From Octopus sinensis (taxonomy: Eukaryota): a DNA stretch of 64,000 nucleotides. Below the pieces are notes generated by a model. The model searched no databases and was not told the origin of the DNA. It saw only the letters and a list, made by a program, of their open reading frames with translations. Below are positions 25,380 to 38,302 of this stretch, piece by piece; positions within the stretch are counted from its first letter, which is position 1, and the number at the start of each line of letters is the position of its first letter. The stretch spans positions 164,796,001-164,860,000 of the forward strand of contig NC_042997.1 of NCBI RefSeq assembly GCF_006345805.1, in the 5' to 3' direction. A program made the position numbers and the translations under genes.

Positions 25380-25380
<1 letters not shown>
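24260..25380 (-). mobile_element. 5'-truncated non-LTR retrotransposon (CR1/L2-group-like), RT C-terminal half plus 3' UTR
   Basis: Read-through GVPQGTVLGPLLF...SYADDTKVSQAI*NPED... is in frame with the 268-aa ORF 24343-25149 (VRDLG, LKLYSLERRRER); one premature stop. Confidence 0.92.
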
Positions 25381-25415
<35 letters not shown>

Positions 25416-25442
25416 ATAATAATAATAATAATAATAATGATA

Positions 25443-26020
25443 ATAAATGCCCTGATGCAGTACCAGGCAGTGGCTCTCATGGCTTCTGATCTTAACTGAT
25501 TGGAAGTGTTATCATGTACATTGTTTTGTCTTGGTATAAAAGATGGGCTACAGCAAATATTCTGCTCAATACCACAGATTTGCTTGTCAGTTGTTTGACC
25601 TTAACCAGTTGAGCATGTTCCTTAGTGGCTGACGATATGTGCATCTCTGATCACGAGCAGAAGTAGTGGGGGAGCATCATAGCCATGTGTTGAGAGGGAT
25701 TCTTTGGGGTTTGAATAGTTCACCTCTGGAAACATGGGTGGTTCTTTCAACATCCTTAAACAACCCTTATTCAGAGACCGTTTGAGCGGGATGGGCTACT
25801 CAACCTGAAGAAATTTCTAACTGGGCCCCACCTGCAAGGTCATGTGCTGTTTATCTTGATATGAGATCACCATGTCGCACACATATGGTTGTGATGCATG
25901 TGCCTGGTGTACCTTTATCAGACGGGTAGTCATGATGGGTATATTGGGCTTCGTATATTTTACCCCAGTGTCACTTTGATGGCATGAACTGCTCTCTCAC
26001 TCAATGATAATAATAATAAT
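25443..26020 (+). repeat. Interspersed repeat family E (about 580 bp) with (AAT)n at both ends
   Basis: Non-coding block bounded by trinucleotide tracts; its 3' part is repeated at 9336-9450. Confidence 0.75.
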
Positions 26021-26512
26021 GATAAAAATTTTATGCCAATAAGTTGTATTATTTTGTATTATAAGGTTTCAAATTTTAACACAAGACCAGCTAAGTTAAG
26101 ACCGGAAGTTGTTGTTGACAAACAACAGCAGTAAATTTTATTCAGCTGAATACACGTCATTGAATGGTTGAAATTACCGAAATACGACAACTTTAATACG
26201 AAGTAACTTCGTAAATAGAAACTTTTCTCAACAACGCTAAGAGTAAGAGATGCTTTATATGACACATTCTACCAGTATCCGAAGTTTGAAAGTGTTTAGT
26301 TACAAAAAGTTAATTTCTCGATCTGCCGATGAAAGTGAAGAGATCCAAACGAAGTATCTGCTATATATGAGAGTCGATACATATATAGTTATTCATATAT
26401 GTAGTTATTCAGATCGTGTAGCAATGACATAAATTAGTATTATATGGGAAAATCCCGGTCTAATTAATTTCCATATATATATATATATGAGTGTGTGTGT
26501 GTATCTATATGT

Positions 26513-26584
<72 letters not shown>

Positions 26585-26602
26585 ATTTCTCAACGAATCT
26601 TT

Positions 26603-26674
<72 letters not shown>

Positions 26675-27216
26675 GAGAGAGAAACTTCGTAAATTTAGAT
26701 AGAAATCGAAACTGTGCAGCCGATAACGTTAGTCTACGTGTGTAATAAAGGCGTACGATGTGCAAACAAACGGAAACCAGATGTCTGGTAAAGCAACCTT
26801 TTGCGAAAATGTACGGAACAAAAGATAGTTTGTGTGTGTGTGTATGTGTGTGCGTATCTGTGTGTGTGTGTGTGTGTGTTTGTGTGTGTGTGCATATGTA
26901 AGTATATATATATATATGTCCGTGCGTGTAATATATATATATAACACAGAAAACAACTCCGCGAAAGCTTATATTATCAAAAGACGTAGGACATAATTGG
27001 TGTAGGATGGCCTGCCAAGTAATTATTCCTAATTAGTCTTGTTAAATGTATAAAATGTCAACGACTATTTGAAGTTTGACTTTATCCAAAGATTTAGATT
27101 AAACTAGATCGGTGTTACATGTCAAACCTGAACTAGCCGAGACATTCCATCAAACACACCTCATCTTCCAAATAGATTTTATTTACTCGACGTTTGGTAA
27201 GGTATCTTTGATAATT

Positions 27217-27431
27217 CTTTCTACTACAAGGCCTGAAATTTTAGGAGAGGGGGCTAGTCAATTACATCGAACCCAGTACTTGACTGGTACATATTTTATC
27301 GACCCCCAAAAGAATGAAAGGCAGAATTGACTTCCGCGGCATTTGAGCTTAGAACGTAAAAGACCGAGAAATAAAAAAAGCTAGTAAGCATTTTGTCTGG
27401 CGTGATAATGATTCTATGAACCCGCCGTCTT
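27217..27431 (-). mobile_element. SINE family A
   Basis: acaaggcctgaaatttt...ctggtacatattttatcgacc...gaaaggcag...gaacccgccgtctt. Confidence 0.8.
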
Positions 27432-27821
27432 GGTGTCCTTAATCAAAAATCCTGTATCTCTAAGCTTTATCTGCTGAGGAAATCTAACTACCGAACAAGG
27501 CGTCGATGGGTAATCACATAGTCTCCGGCACCAAGTTTTTTTATTAATCGGGATTCTGTTGGGTGAATTAATTTTTAAAAGGACAAACCATTCCTAATGT
27601 TATTTTGAAATTCCCTCTTGCTTTTGATTGCGGTTTGTATTGGTCCAAGAGGTTTACCTTTTATTAATAGAAGTATTATTGTGCCGCTTATTAGTTATGA
27701 AGGGAATATCTAACTATTCTTGGTCCAGTCCTCAAAGCTGCAATTAAACGCACCGTGTGCTTCTTGAAGACTGACAGCATGATAAGAAGTGAACTTCTTA
27801 CTTCTTATTGCGTCTACACAT

Positions 27822-27865
<44 letters not shown>

Positions 27866-28104
27866 TATATATAGTATTTGCTGCTTTTGTATACACATAC
27901 CGAGAAGAAAAGTTGTGGAACAGACGCTATTTTAAAGAGATACATTTTGTAATCAGCTGAAGAGAACATCTACACTGATGGAGACTCCAAAACCAGCTTT
28001 TTCAGTATCCCACCCGTGAGGGATCAATGCTAGATGGGTCGGAACAGTTGTAGTAATCAATAAACATTCTCGTATCTTCCATCTCTCATTCATCAAACAC
28101 ACAT

Positions 28105-28138
<34 letters not shown>

Positions 28139-28455
28139 GAATTTTAGTGTATATATATATATATATATTTCTCCTCACCGAAAGATGGATAATCATCCCC
28201 TCTGTCCACAATAATAACGATAACCAATTACCTCCCCTTAGATTTTGCTAGTTGCCGAATCATTCATTCATAAACTCCACACACAACATGGACAAAAAAA
28301 TTTTTCTTAAGAAAATGCGTATTTAAATAAGTTTTAATATCATGATTAGCAAAAGCGAAACCGGTCAACAAACAATATAAGATATATTAAAAATTATATT
28401 AAAACTATGTAAAGTATGTGCCTTTTCCTTCTTTAATTTCTTATGTATGTCTCCT

Positions 28456-28535
<80 letters not shown>

Positions 28536-28886
28536 ATGTATATATATATATACATACATACATACATACATATATATATATATATACATATATATATGGT
28601 TTTAATCTAAGTTGTGTAACCATGAAACACATCTACATATTTCATTTCTCCAAAATTAAATGTAGATGCTACATTTTTTAGTGAGAAATGCATAAGTATT
28701 ATTTGATCTCTCTTTGATAAATTTCTAATAGGTGATATCCTACATGTTTATTCTACGTGTACAGCTTTGTAGCTCTTATTGCGAAATGAAACGCGTGTAA
28801 TGGTGAATAAATTAATAACAAAAATTTCTTCCAATATATGTGTGTGGGAGAGTGTTATATGTTACTTGTGCGTTTGTGTGCTTGCA

Positions 28887-28919
<33 letters not shown>

Positions 28920-28945
28920 TATATATATATCGCGTTATATCTTAC

Positions 28946-28983
<38 letters not shown>

Positions 28984-30535
28984 ATGTGTGTGCTCGCATG
29001 TGTACACACACACACATATATATATATCGTATTATATATGTTACTTGCGTGTGTAATACATATATATATATATATATATATATACACATGAATACATAGA
29101 AATACACACAGATACAAAGTGACACACAACAGATACATACAAAGATACACACATACACACACACGCGCGTATGTTTGTGTATGTGTGTGTGTGTATGTGA
29201 GTGTGTTCGAAAAAAACAACATAAACAAATACAAGTCTAATTACACAACTGAAATATTTAACCTGATAGAAACTAGGTAACATTGCAAATACCACACGCA
29301 CACCCACACACGCCAGAAATAAAACCCGCCCTCATGCAAGTAAACAAAGAAGAAAGAAAAGTAATTAATGTAAAACAGAAAACGGGTGAGTATTTGTATC
29401 GGACATAAACCACAAAACAAGCTGTAAAACACAAAACAATTAACATCAACACATCTGAAAAATAAGACAAAAAACGCTCACAACATTATAACAAAGACAG
29501 AACAAGTAGGAGTAACATAGCCGTATTTTATGATCGTGTATACTCACCTAACTCATTTCCAAAATCAGTCATTAACGCAGCACTCGAAGAAAATAAACAC
29601 AATATGCATATCACTTCTACGCAATGACCTCGTCATATGTCGGGATCTTCGTCGTTCGACAACGAGGATTTCAGTTGTTTTTGATCAATAGAATTTACCT
29701 GCTCTTGAATTAATGTGTAACTGAATATTCTACAGACACGTGCACAATTGACGTAATCCTCGGGCAGAATCAGCATGGCACAGTGTGGTAAGGCTATACT
29801 TCTTGAATTATAGGCAGAATCCACCCGATAGCCTTCTATGCAGTTTCTATCAAACCAATTTCACTTGGGTTGACAGAAACATCGATATGGGTCAATGCGG
29901 GATATAGAAAGTGAAATTTGCGCAAAATTTAGCGCGGCGTGATCGAACTCGTGACCTCATAATTGCGGCCATAATTCGGCCATTCTATACCCACGCCTTG
30001 ACTTATAGTCAAATAGTAAAAGAATTACTGGCAAGTTCAACAATTCAAATTTACCAGCGCCTTTCTGCATATTAACTATTTAAATTTATTGACTGGCACG
30101 AGCGCCGTTGCTCTATTCGCTAGCAAAAGAACTTAATAATACTCAAATTACACAATCTACTGTTTAATATAAAAACTACAGGTCGTAATGCAGTCTCAGA
30201 CACATGAAAGAAAATAGATTTGACCAACATAGGTATATGCTGACAAGATCACTAACAATAGTGACAAAATCACTAAGCTACGTTGAAAATAACGAAGACA
30301 AGAACGAATTATTGCACTCACCAGTATCATCTACCATGATGAGCTGAAGAGAGAAACTCTTAGTCATTCGTTGCCCTTTTAGAAATATGCTTTACATTTC
30401 CTTCCAATGTGGTCCTAGATATACTATATACTCTTTTATAGAAACTAGAGCCAGCACTGGAGGTTACGGCGTTTCGTATACGAATACTTCTATGTAAACA
30501 GTGCGACTGAATATAGAATAACAAGAAATGGGTGT

Positions 30536-30574
30536 ATATACATATTTCAGAAGTTATTGCTCCTTCTTCAGTAC
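30536..30574 (-). ncRNA. Minimal hammerhead-like motif
   Basis: Minus strand: GUA-CUGAAGA-AGGAG-CAAUAA-CUUCU-GAAA-UAUGU-A/UAU. The core is intact, stem II has 5 bp and stem I has 3 bp. Confidence 0.45.
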
Positions 30575-31829
30575 CACATCCAACCCATTAAACATCCACG
30601 AGCACATTGCCTAAATAGCCACCACTGCTAACACAGTACTTGGTAGTGTATTATGGATGCATAACGAAATACGGTATCCCTACCAGCAATTACTATATAT
30701 CTGGAGCATAAAAGATATAATCGTCACGGTTCGAATGTCTTTGATGATAGGTCTGCTCGATCGAGGATGACCTTGGGCTAAAACAACAACAACTACTACG
30801 ACTGCTGCTGGTAAATCCTAATATACCTGTTGGCTTCGTTCCTCCCAAAGTTAAAAAAATGATCTTTATTAAACCCCAGCTCCTGCATATTGCCATTGAC
30901 GAATGCAGAACAATTGTGGTGTTCTGATTCAGTCCACCTTTCCTTTCTCCGCCACATGCTAGAACACTCTGCTATACATACATACATACATGGAAAAAAG
31001 TATGATAAACATGATGCAATTTATATTGTTTTTCCCTGAAACGTACGTTTCGCAAATGTTGTTGTTCCTGCTGCTCTTGGGTGCTGATTTAGAACGTTCT
31101 TCGTTCCTCAGGACAAAACTTTATTGCGTAAAGCTAACGCAGAACAAAAGCTCACACTTAAATATACATGCATGCATACATATATACATGCATACATACA
31201 TACATGCATGCATACACACACACATATATTTCACCCATAAGATTCATGAGTACATACGAGATCGGTCCTCAATGAAACGAGGCCATGCAACGGGTAGATG
31301 GAGCCTAGTGATTCAGAAGTCTTTATTCTATATAATCAGCAACAATAACAACGATCATCTTAATTTGAACTGTATCAGAAGATAAATGCTTCTATAGTCT
31401 ACGGTCAAATATATTTCAACCGTAACCATTCCATTTTCTTCTAAATATCTAGGACTACATGACTCAGTATCCCTCCTTTATTTGAAACGGTAGAGTGTGT
31501 GATTTGAGGACCATTCAGTTTATCTCTCCAACGGGTCGAACTACCGTGCAGAGGCCTCCTCAAAGATACCACACAGCTAATATCATTCAAAATGGCACGA
31601 ACCGTGCACGATCGTACTTTCACCTGCTTCACGAATCTTTGACCTCATTCATTGCTGTGAATGCATGAATGAAGTGAATGTAATTATAAACATATTAATA
31701 ATCTACAGTACCAAGGTCATTATTCGATTGGTAAAGTATAATTAAGGGCATATTTCAGTGGGTCAGTACTTCTGATAAGCTATATATGAATGCGTGAGTA
31801 ATATTGATGCATACATCCATCTCTCTCAG

Positions 31830-31887
<58 letters not shown>

Positions 31888-32172
31888 ATTGATTCGTCAA
31901 GGGGTGACAAATTACACTAGAGATAAACATTAAATATCGTTATTTTAAGCTTCATTATTCATAAGCGTAAAAACCTCTCAACAACAGACGACGACGACGA
32001 CGACACAGTATGAGTTGCTGGAAGTTATGAGGCTTTTATTTTTAAAACACAATGTTAATGACAGCATATATATTGAACATGGCAGTAGTTAGGGATCGAA
32101 ATCGGTTCTCCAGCATTGTTCACTAGGTTATACATTACTGATAATTTGCTTTAACGGTTCACAATAACTATG

Positions 32173-32320
32173 TTAAGACGGCATCCTGGCAAAATCGTGA
32201 GAGCATCGGATCGAATACCTTTTGGTATTCTTCCGGTTCGCTGATGACTCAATTCAAATACTACGGAGGTTAATTTCACCTTTCATCCTTTTAGGAACAA
32301 TAAAGTAGCAGTCCGGTAGT
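32173..32320 (+). mobile_element. SINE family A (decayed, sense orientation)
   Basis: taagacggcatcctggcaaaatcg...ttcaaatactacggaggttaatttcacctttcatccttt. Confidence 0.6.
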
Positions 32321-32881
32321 CGGGCTGGCTCTTATGTTTCTGGAAAACCCGACCAGGAGAGAGATAGGCTCTGCCAAATTCAAAGATTCCCTAGTTACAC
32401 TGCATTCCAGAACGACCGCTCCCCTACAGTCAAATCAAGACCAAGATAAAGCCGGGCAATGACTATGTTCCTGAAACATAAGCACGGATGTTTTAGGAGA
32501 TTCGCCTTGGATTCGAAACTGCATCGATCACAATACTGAGTCAGTCCCTTCCACTACAGCCTGGTGTTGACTAACACCTTGTGAAGGGTTATTAGTGGGC
32601 GGAAATTGTGCGGAAGTCCACCGGAGAGAATGCTCCTCTTCTAGGATGGAAAAATCATCCAGTATCCAATTTATCATCGGGCCTCCACTACCTCGCCATT
32701 TAGGTGTCTTTAACAGAATTCACTTCTTTGAAAAGCATTCCGACTGTCTCCAATTTGAGCATAACTGGTAGTGTTGTTCAACTGATCTTATCGACTCCAG
32801 TATATTGGTTTCAAATTTTGGCGCGAAACCAGCAGTTTCAGGGGACAGGATAAGTCGATTACATCGACCCCACTGCTCAAC

Positions 32882-33242
32882 TGTCAAACGGACGGTATGG
32901 CATTCTGGCAACCCAGCTATTTGCGACCTTCAGCCTGTATTAAGTGTGCAAAATAAGCAAAGTTTCTTTGAACAAAATGTGTTCAAGCAACGCACGGCAT
33001 ACTTAACTAGCACAACTCAGGTTGCAGCTCAAAAAAATCTTTCCTTTTTGCTTTAATTGGTTATTTTTTTAATGCTGATTGTTCTTTGGTTAAGTACAGC
33101 ACTTCTCTTAAAGATATTGAAAGTTTAAGTAATTTATATAAGAACAGTTCTATATAAGGAATAAGATATAGTGTTCCGTTGGGGCTATGGTGTGGCAGTA
33201 AGTACTGATAGAATCCATTGCTCTATCTATCAGGTCATCCAA
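32882..33242 (+). repeat. About 360-bp duplicate of 35339-35698 inserted into a family A SINE
   Basis: By eye 7 substitutions plus 1 indel versus the source; includes the first bases of the mariner TIR (tatcaggtcatccaa). Confidence 0.92.
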
Positions 33243-33269
33243 AAGGGACGAAAGGCAAAGTCGATCTCA

Positions 33270-33510
33270 GCCTCGGGTCGACCAAAGCCTTGTGAGTGTA
33301 TTTGTTATTTGTTATTTGTGTCTGTCTCTCCACCATTACTTGACAACCGATGGTACTGTTTACGCCCCCGTCACGTAGCGGTTCGACAAATAGGAACCGA
33401 TAGAATAAGTACTAGGCTTACAAAGAATAAGTCCTGGGGTCGATTTGTTTGAGCATGGTGTTCCAGCATGGCCGCAGTCAAATGACTGAAACAAATAAAA
33501 GAATAAAAGA
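33270..33510 (+). mobile_element. SINE family B (5'-truncated)
   Basis: agcctcgggtcgaccaaagccttgtgagt...cagcatggccgcagtcaaatgactgaaacaaataaaag. Confidence 0.85.
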
Positions 33511-33521
33511 TATATATATAT

Positions 33522-33677
33522 ATCAAAACAGTTTGATTCAGACTCCTTGATACTCTGAGTTTCAAGCGAGTGGCTAGTCATCGGCCACTGGAGTCTGAAT
33601 TCAGAGCCCAATGGCCGAAGGCTAGTCACACACTTGAAACTCAGAGTAGCAAGGAGTCTAAATCAAACTGTTTTGAT
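33522..33677. repeat. 156-bp loop-less fold-back
   Basis: Two 78-nt arms with 10 mismatches and no indels, centred on the palindrome tctgaa|ttcaga (33594-33605). Confidence 0.9.
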
Positions 33678-33724
33678 CGATAATAAATGTGTTGAGTGCT
33701 CTTTTTCGCTTGTCTACTCACTGG

Positions 33725-33785
<61 letters not shown>

Positions 33786-35685
33786 CTGTGTCTGTGTGTA
33801 TTACAGTAACAAGTATATATAAATACTAAATACACACACAAACACATATATATTACATACATACGAAGTAGTATACTACGTAAATAATAAACACTATTTT
33901 ATTTATACCTTCTACTCTCACTCATTCTCACTTTACTTCGTTCAGAGACTGCAGCCACCACACGCACTTACGTTCATAACCACCGCATATCCTCATGCAG
34001 ACAGTGCACAAACACACATAGACGGAGAGAAACGCAAAAATATACATACACACGCGTATACATGTGCACGGAAAGAGAAAAAGAAACTGACTAACACAGA
34101 TAGACGCATACGCACTCAAACACAAACGATTGAAGATAAATTTAGTAAATTAATGAGACACATATTTTAACCTTTTATCCTCGTCTCACAGTTTCACTGT
34201 AAAACTTATTGCGAAAAAGTTTTTCTGCAAAATCTCACAAAAAAAAAAAAAAAAAATTGAAAAAAAAAATGTTAATGCTGCAACTTCGAGGCAGCAATAA
34301 TTATGGTGACTATGATGAAGACAACACTATATTTTTGAGTTTGTTTTTAGCCATCAGTGTTTGAAGGAATTGTATATTTCTTTGTGCATTACAACCATTG
34401 GCTATAAGCTAGTTTACACACTTAGAAACCTTATTGACCTTCTTGAGTGCTAGGAAAATACTTCAGTCTCCAACAACTGACACTCTACAAAGTTCAGGTA
34501 GGACCAGAAATGGAACCATCATCTCAATATCTGGGTTAATGCTGTTATTATACATACAGACATACCTATTCTGCACTCAAAAAAAGACCACACTCCTGAT
34601 TGTCATGAGGTCGCTGACAAACACGCACCATCGTCTGGGCCACAGAGGCAAGGTTTTCTCTCTCCTCTCTGTGTCTTTTCTCCCACTACTACAATGGTCT
34701 TTGCTCTTCAGAAATAGCTGATCTTGTTCCATCTCCACTCTAACACTCCAGACTTGCTTTTCTCTCCATCTCTTAACACCAATATTGTATCCATCTCAGA
34801 AAGCTCTCCACCATCCACGGTATAGACTTAACTATAAAAGAAAGAATGTTGAGATATTTGAATTAACGACTGAAAGTTTGGCGGCAATTTTCACCGATTT
34901 TCTACGTTCTGGGTTGAAAAGTAGGGATGAAGAAAGGTGGAGTGACAGATTTGTCAGGGCCTTGAACGAATTGTTTTACGGTATTTGAGTTCTTGGATGG
35001 TAAACAGCATCTGCCTTCCAGTTCAACATCACTACTTGCTCCTTGGGTATCTTCAACGGAGTTCGCTCTATTGCGAGCGTTCCAGCTAGTCCTCGGTCTA
35101 AGAATAATTTCTTTCTTTTCCACCATCAACCTTGGAGGCTCTGAAAACCTTAAGGATCATGGGTGCTGCCCCTCTCTCTCTCTCTGACTAAGCAATAAAA
35201 AAAAATAACCGATTAATTGCTACGCAATGTCACTTTCTTATAACAGCTGTACGTTGTACCGACACATGACAACTATTTTTACAGATAGATAAAATGGTCA
35301 AAGTTTTGTGTCTTTATCATTGATAAGAAGTGTCCCCTTGTCAAACGGACGGTATGGCATTCTGGCAACCCAGCTATTTACGACCTTCAGCCTGTATTAA
35401 GTGTGCAAAATAAGCAAAGTTTCTTTGAACAAAATTTGTTCAAGCAACGCACGGCATACTTAACTAGCACAACTCAGGTTGCAGTTCAAAAAATCTTTCC
35501 TTTTTGCTTTAATTGGTTATTTTTTTAATGCTGATTGTTCTTTGGTTAAGTACAGCACTTCTTTTAAAGATATTGAAAGTTTAAGTAATTTATATAAGAA
35601 CAGTTCTATATAAGGAATAAGATATAGTGTTCCGTTGGGGCTATTGTGTGGCAGTAAGTACTAATAGAATCCATTGCACTATCTA

Positions 35686-36935
35686 TCAGGTCATCCAATA
35701 AGTTCTGTCCGAATTTTGAATTAAGAAAACAAGTGATCAAACGTTATATTTAATTGAAATTTAATCATCAATGTACATTCCCTGATTATCTGTGGCTTCC
35801 TTCCATCTATTTACAAGCTTTTTAATCCTATCAATGTAAAACTCTCTTGGTTTCAAAGCTAAGACCTCCTCCTGGCTTGCGAAAGTTATGTCACCCAAAT
35901 GATTCTGTAAACTACGAAACAAATGGTAGTCTGAAGGAGCAAGGTCGGGAGAATAAGGCGGATGAGGATTTTTTCCTCAACCAAGCTCTTCAATCTTCAG
36001 TGATGTGATCTTTGCAGTGTGGGGTCTCGCATTATCCTGATGAAACATCACTCCTTTTTGATTCATTAAAGCGGGTCTTTTTTTCTTCAAAGCTTGGTTC
36101 AAATGCTCTAATTGCTGACAGTAGACTTGAGTATTGATTGTTGCATTAGGTGGTAACAATTCAAAGTGAATTACTCCTTTGCAATCCCCCCAGATAGAGA
36201 GAAGAACCTTTTTTTCCATGAAGTTCCCTTCTCAGTTGTGGTTGAGCTTTTTCCCTTTTACCAAACCACTGATTACGAAGTTTAACATTTCGATAGAAGA
36301 TCCATTTTTTGTCACCAGTCACAAGTCTATCCAAAAAGGGTGAAATGAGTTCGCGAGAATGGAGAGAAGAGCAGATGTCAACTCGGGATTTGCGGTTGCT
36401 TTCGGACAATTCATGAGTCACCCATTTTTCAAGTTGTTGAAGATGACGATGAACAGTTGTAGGGTTTGAACAAAGCTTTATTGCCAATTCTTCAACTGAT
36501 AATGCAGGATTTTCTTCAAGTAATATCTCAAGGAACTTATTATCAAACTCAACTGGACGTCCTGTTCGATCTACATCTTCAAGGCTGAAATCTCCACTTC
36601 TGAATTTTGCAAACCATCTTCTGCAAGTTCTTTCATTCAAGCATTCTTTCCTATAAACTGAGTGTATGTTTCGAGTGGCTTCGGCTGCAGAGTTTCCTTT
36701 TTTGTACTCTTAAAACATTATGTGCCTCAAATGCTTTTTGGATACTTCCATGTTGGAAAGGGTTTTAATCAAAGAAATTTTAATTCTATTATTCTGTAAA
36801 ATAATATTTAATTAGTTTAAATGTACACAGATGCATAAAAATAATTTTTAATTTCATTAGACATTCTAAAATACTATTAAATTTCATTCAATTTTAAGAA
36901 AGGTAAAATTGGACAGAACTTACAGGATGACCTGA
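35686..36935 (-). mobile_element. Full-length decayed mariner (DD34D Tc1/mariner) transposon
   Basis: TA|tcaggtcatccaataagttctgtcc left and ggacagaacttacaggatgacctga|TA right. Transposase starts MEVSKKHLRH at 36751, with motifs LVTGDKKW, FHQDNARPH and YSPDLAPSDYHLF; frameshifts and stops present. Confidence 0.95.
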
Positions 36936-38249
36936 TACTTTCCATTTTTGATTGTAGTCGCTCTCATCGAAAATTCATCCGAAAATCTGAATCGGGTCAC
37001 AGATTCAGCACAATGCAAATTCATATCTATCCTAATGGGTTAGCTTCACGATAAAAATAATTCGATTCTTTCTAATCTGAGACTAACCCTTTGAACGCAG
37101 AAAGTTGATATACTCGTTTAAAATGTTATTACCATGAACTGTGGATAACGATCTTACCCACGGCTTGATGAAACCTCTTCTTATGCTGCAAAGTGGCGGA
37201 GACACCCCAAACAACGCTTTTTACAAAGACAATTTTTCAGATATTCTTAATTTTCTTTCACATATTTCATCAAATATCTCTTTACAGAGCGAGAATCAAA
37301 CACGTTAAGTGGCAGAATACCCAAAGAAGATACTAGAAAAGTATTGCAGAAGCAGAAAATGCCAATTCCACCTTTTTGGTGGATAATTAGCATCATTTGG
37401 TGGATAATTAACACCAACTAAATAACGCAAAGGGTTAAAAGACTGAAACTTTATATCGTTCTTGTCTTTTACAAGACTGTTAACAACAGATGCAAGCTGA
37501 AGTCTACGTTGCAAACCACCCACTGTGAGCTTTTTTTCTTGCTCTACAAGAAATTACTGAGAGACGAAAGTCCGCGAGTTATAGGTGATTTGAATTGAAA
37601 TTGTGTAATATTCATATCTTTCCTAAGACAAGTGAAGTGAATGAGAAAATGTGAGCATGGCAACAGGTTTCATTGGTGGTTTATTTCTATTTTATTTACA
37701 TCAAGATAAATAATATTAGGGAAACATTCGGAATGTTTTTTTATTTTTCTGAAACACGCTCAGGTAAACGCATAATTCAAATTCTTACTAAAAATAAATA
37801 AACTATATAATGCAACAAAACAACTAGAGTATGAATTCATTGATATGTGAAATAATGTGATATATCTTTAGCAACACCATCATTTGATATCATTAAGGGG
37901 TAAATAGAAAGGATGTGGAAGAGATAGAGAGAAATAGTATTCTACCTTGAAGGAAAATTAGTTGAATGTGTAAAGTCTAATGCTTGATTAAACGTGATTT
38001 ATGGTAACTCAAACATCGCATCTGAATTTTGAAAATCTGTTTAGGTATATTTTGTTAAAAATTTAAGGTTTATTCAGTACAGTTTGATGAGAGATTTAAT
38101 GTTAGCTCAATACTATTCTCATTTTCTTTCGAAGAAAACTAGAAATTACTTTCTTTAATGATATAATATATGTTTCACACCAAAACAAATTTGTTGTTTT
38201 GATATCAGTATGGAAAGTTACAAACCAGAAGAAAAATATTAAGTTGAAA

Positions 38250-38301
<52 letters not shown>

Positions 38302-38302
<1 letters not shown>

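Noticed and set aside
30461-30495. Hammerhead 3' half (GUAU/AUAC-GAAAC-GCC-GUA) on the minus strand
   Set aside because: The CUGANGA core is absent; mentioned only as context for 30536-30574.
34150-35130. Possible piggyBac-like remnant with scattered Cys on the minus strand
   Set aside because: Needs several assumed frameshifts, and no matching TTAA/TIR pair was found.
37085-37437. Possible piggyBac-type MITE (ccctttg...caaaggg|ttaa)
   Set aside because: Only a 7-bp IR and an imperfect left TTAA; too weak.
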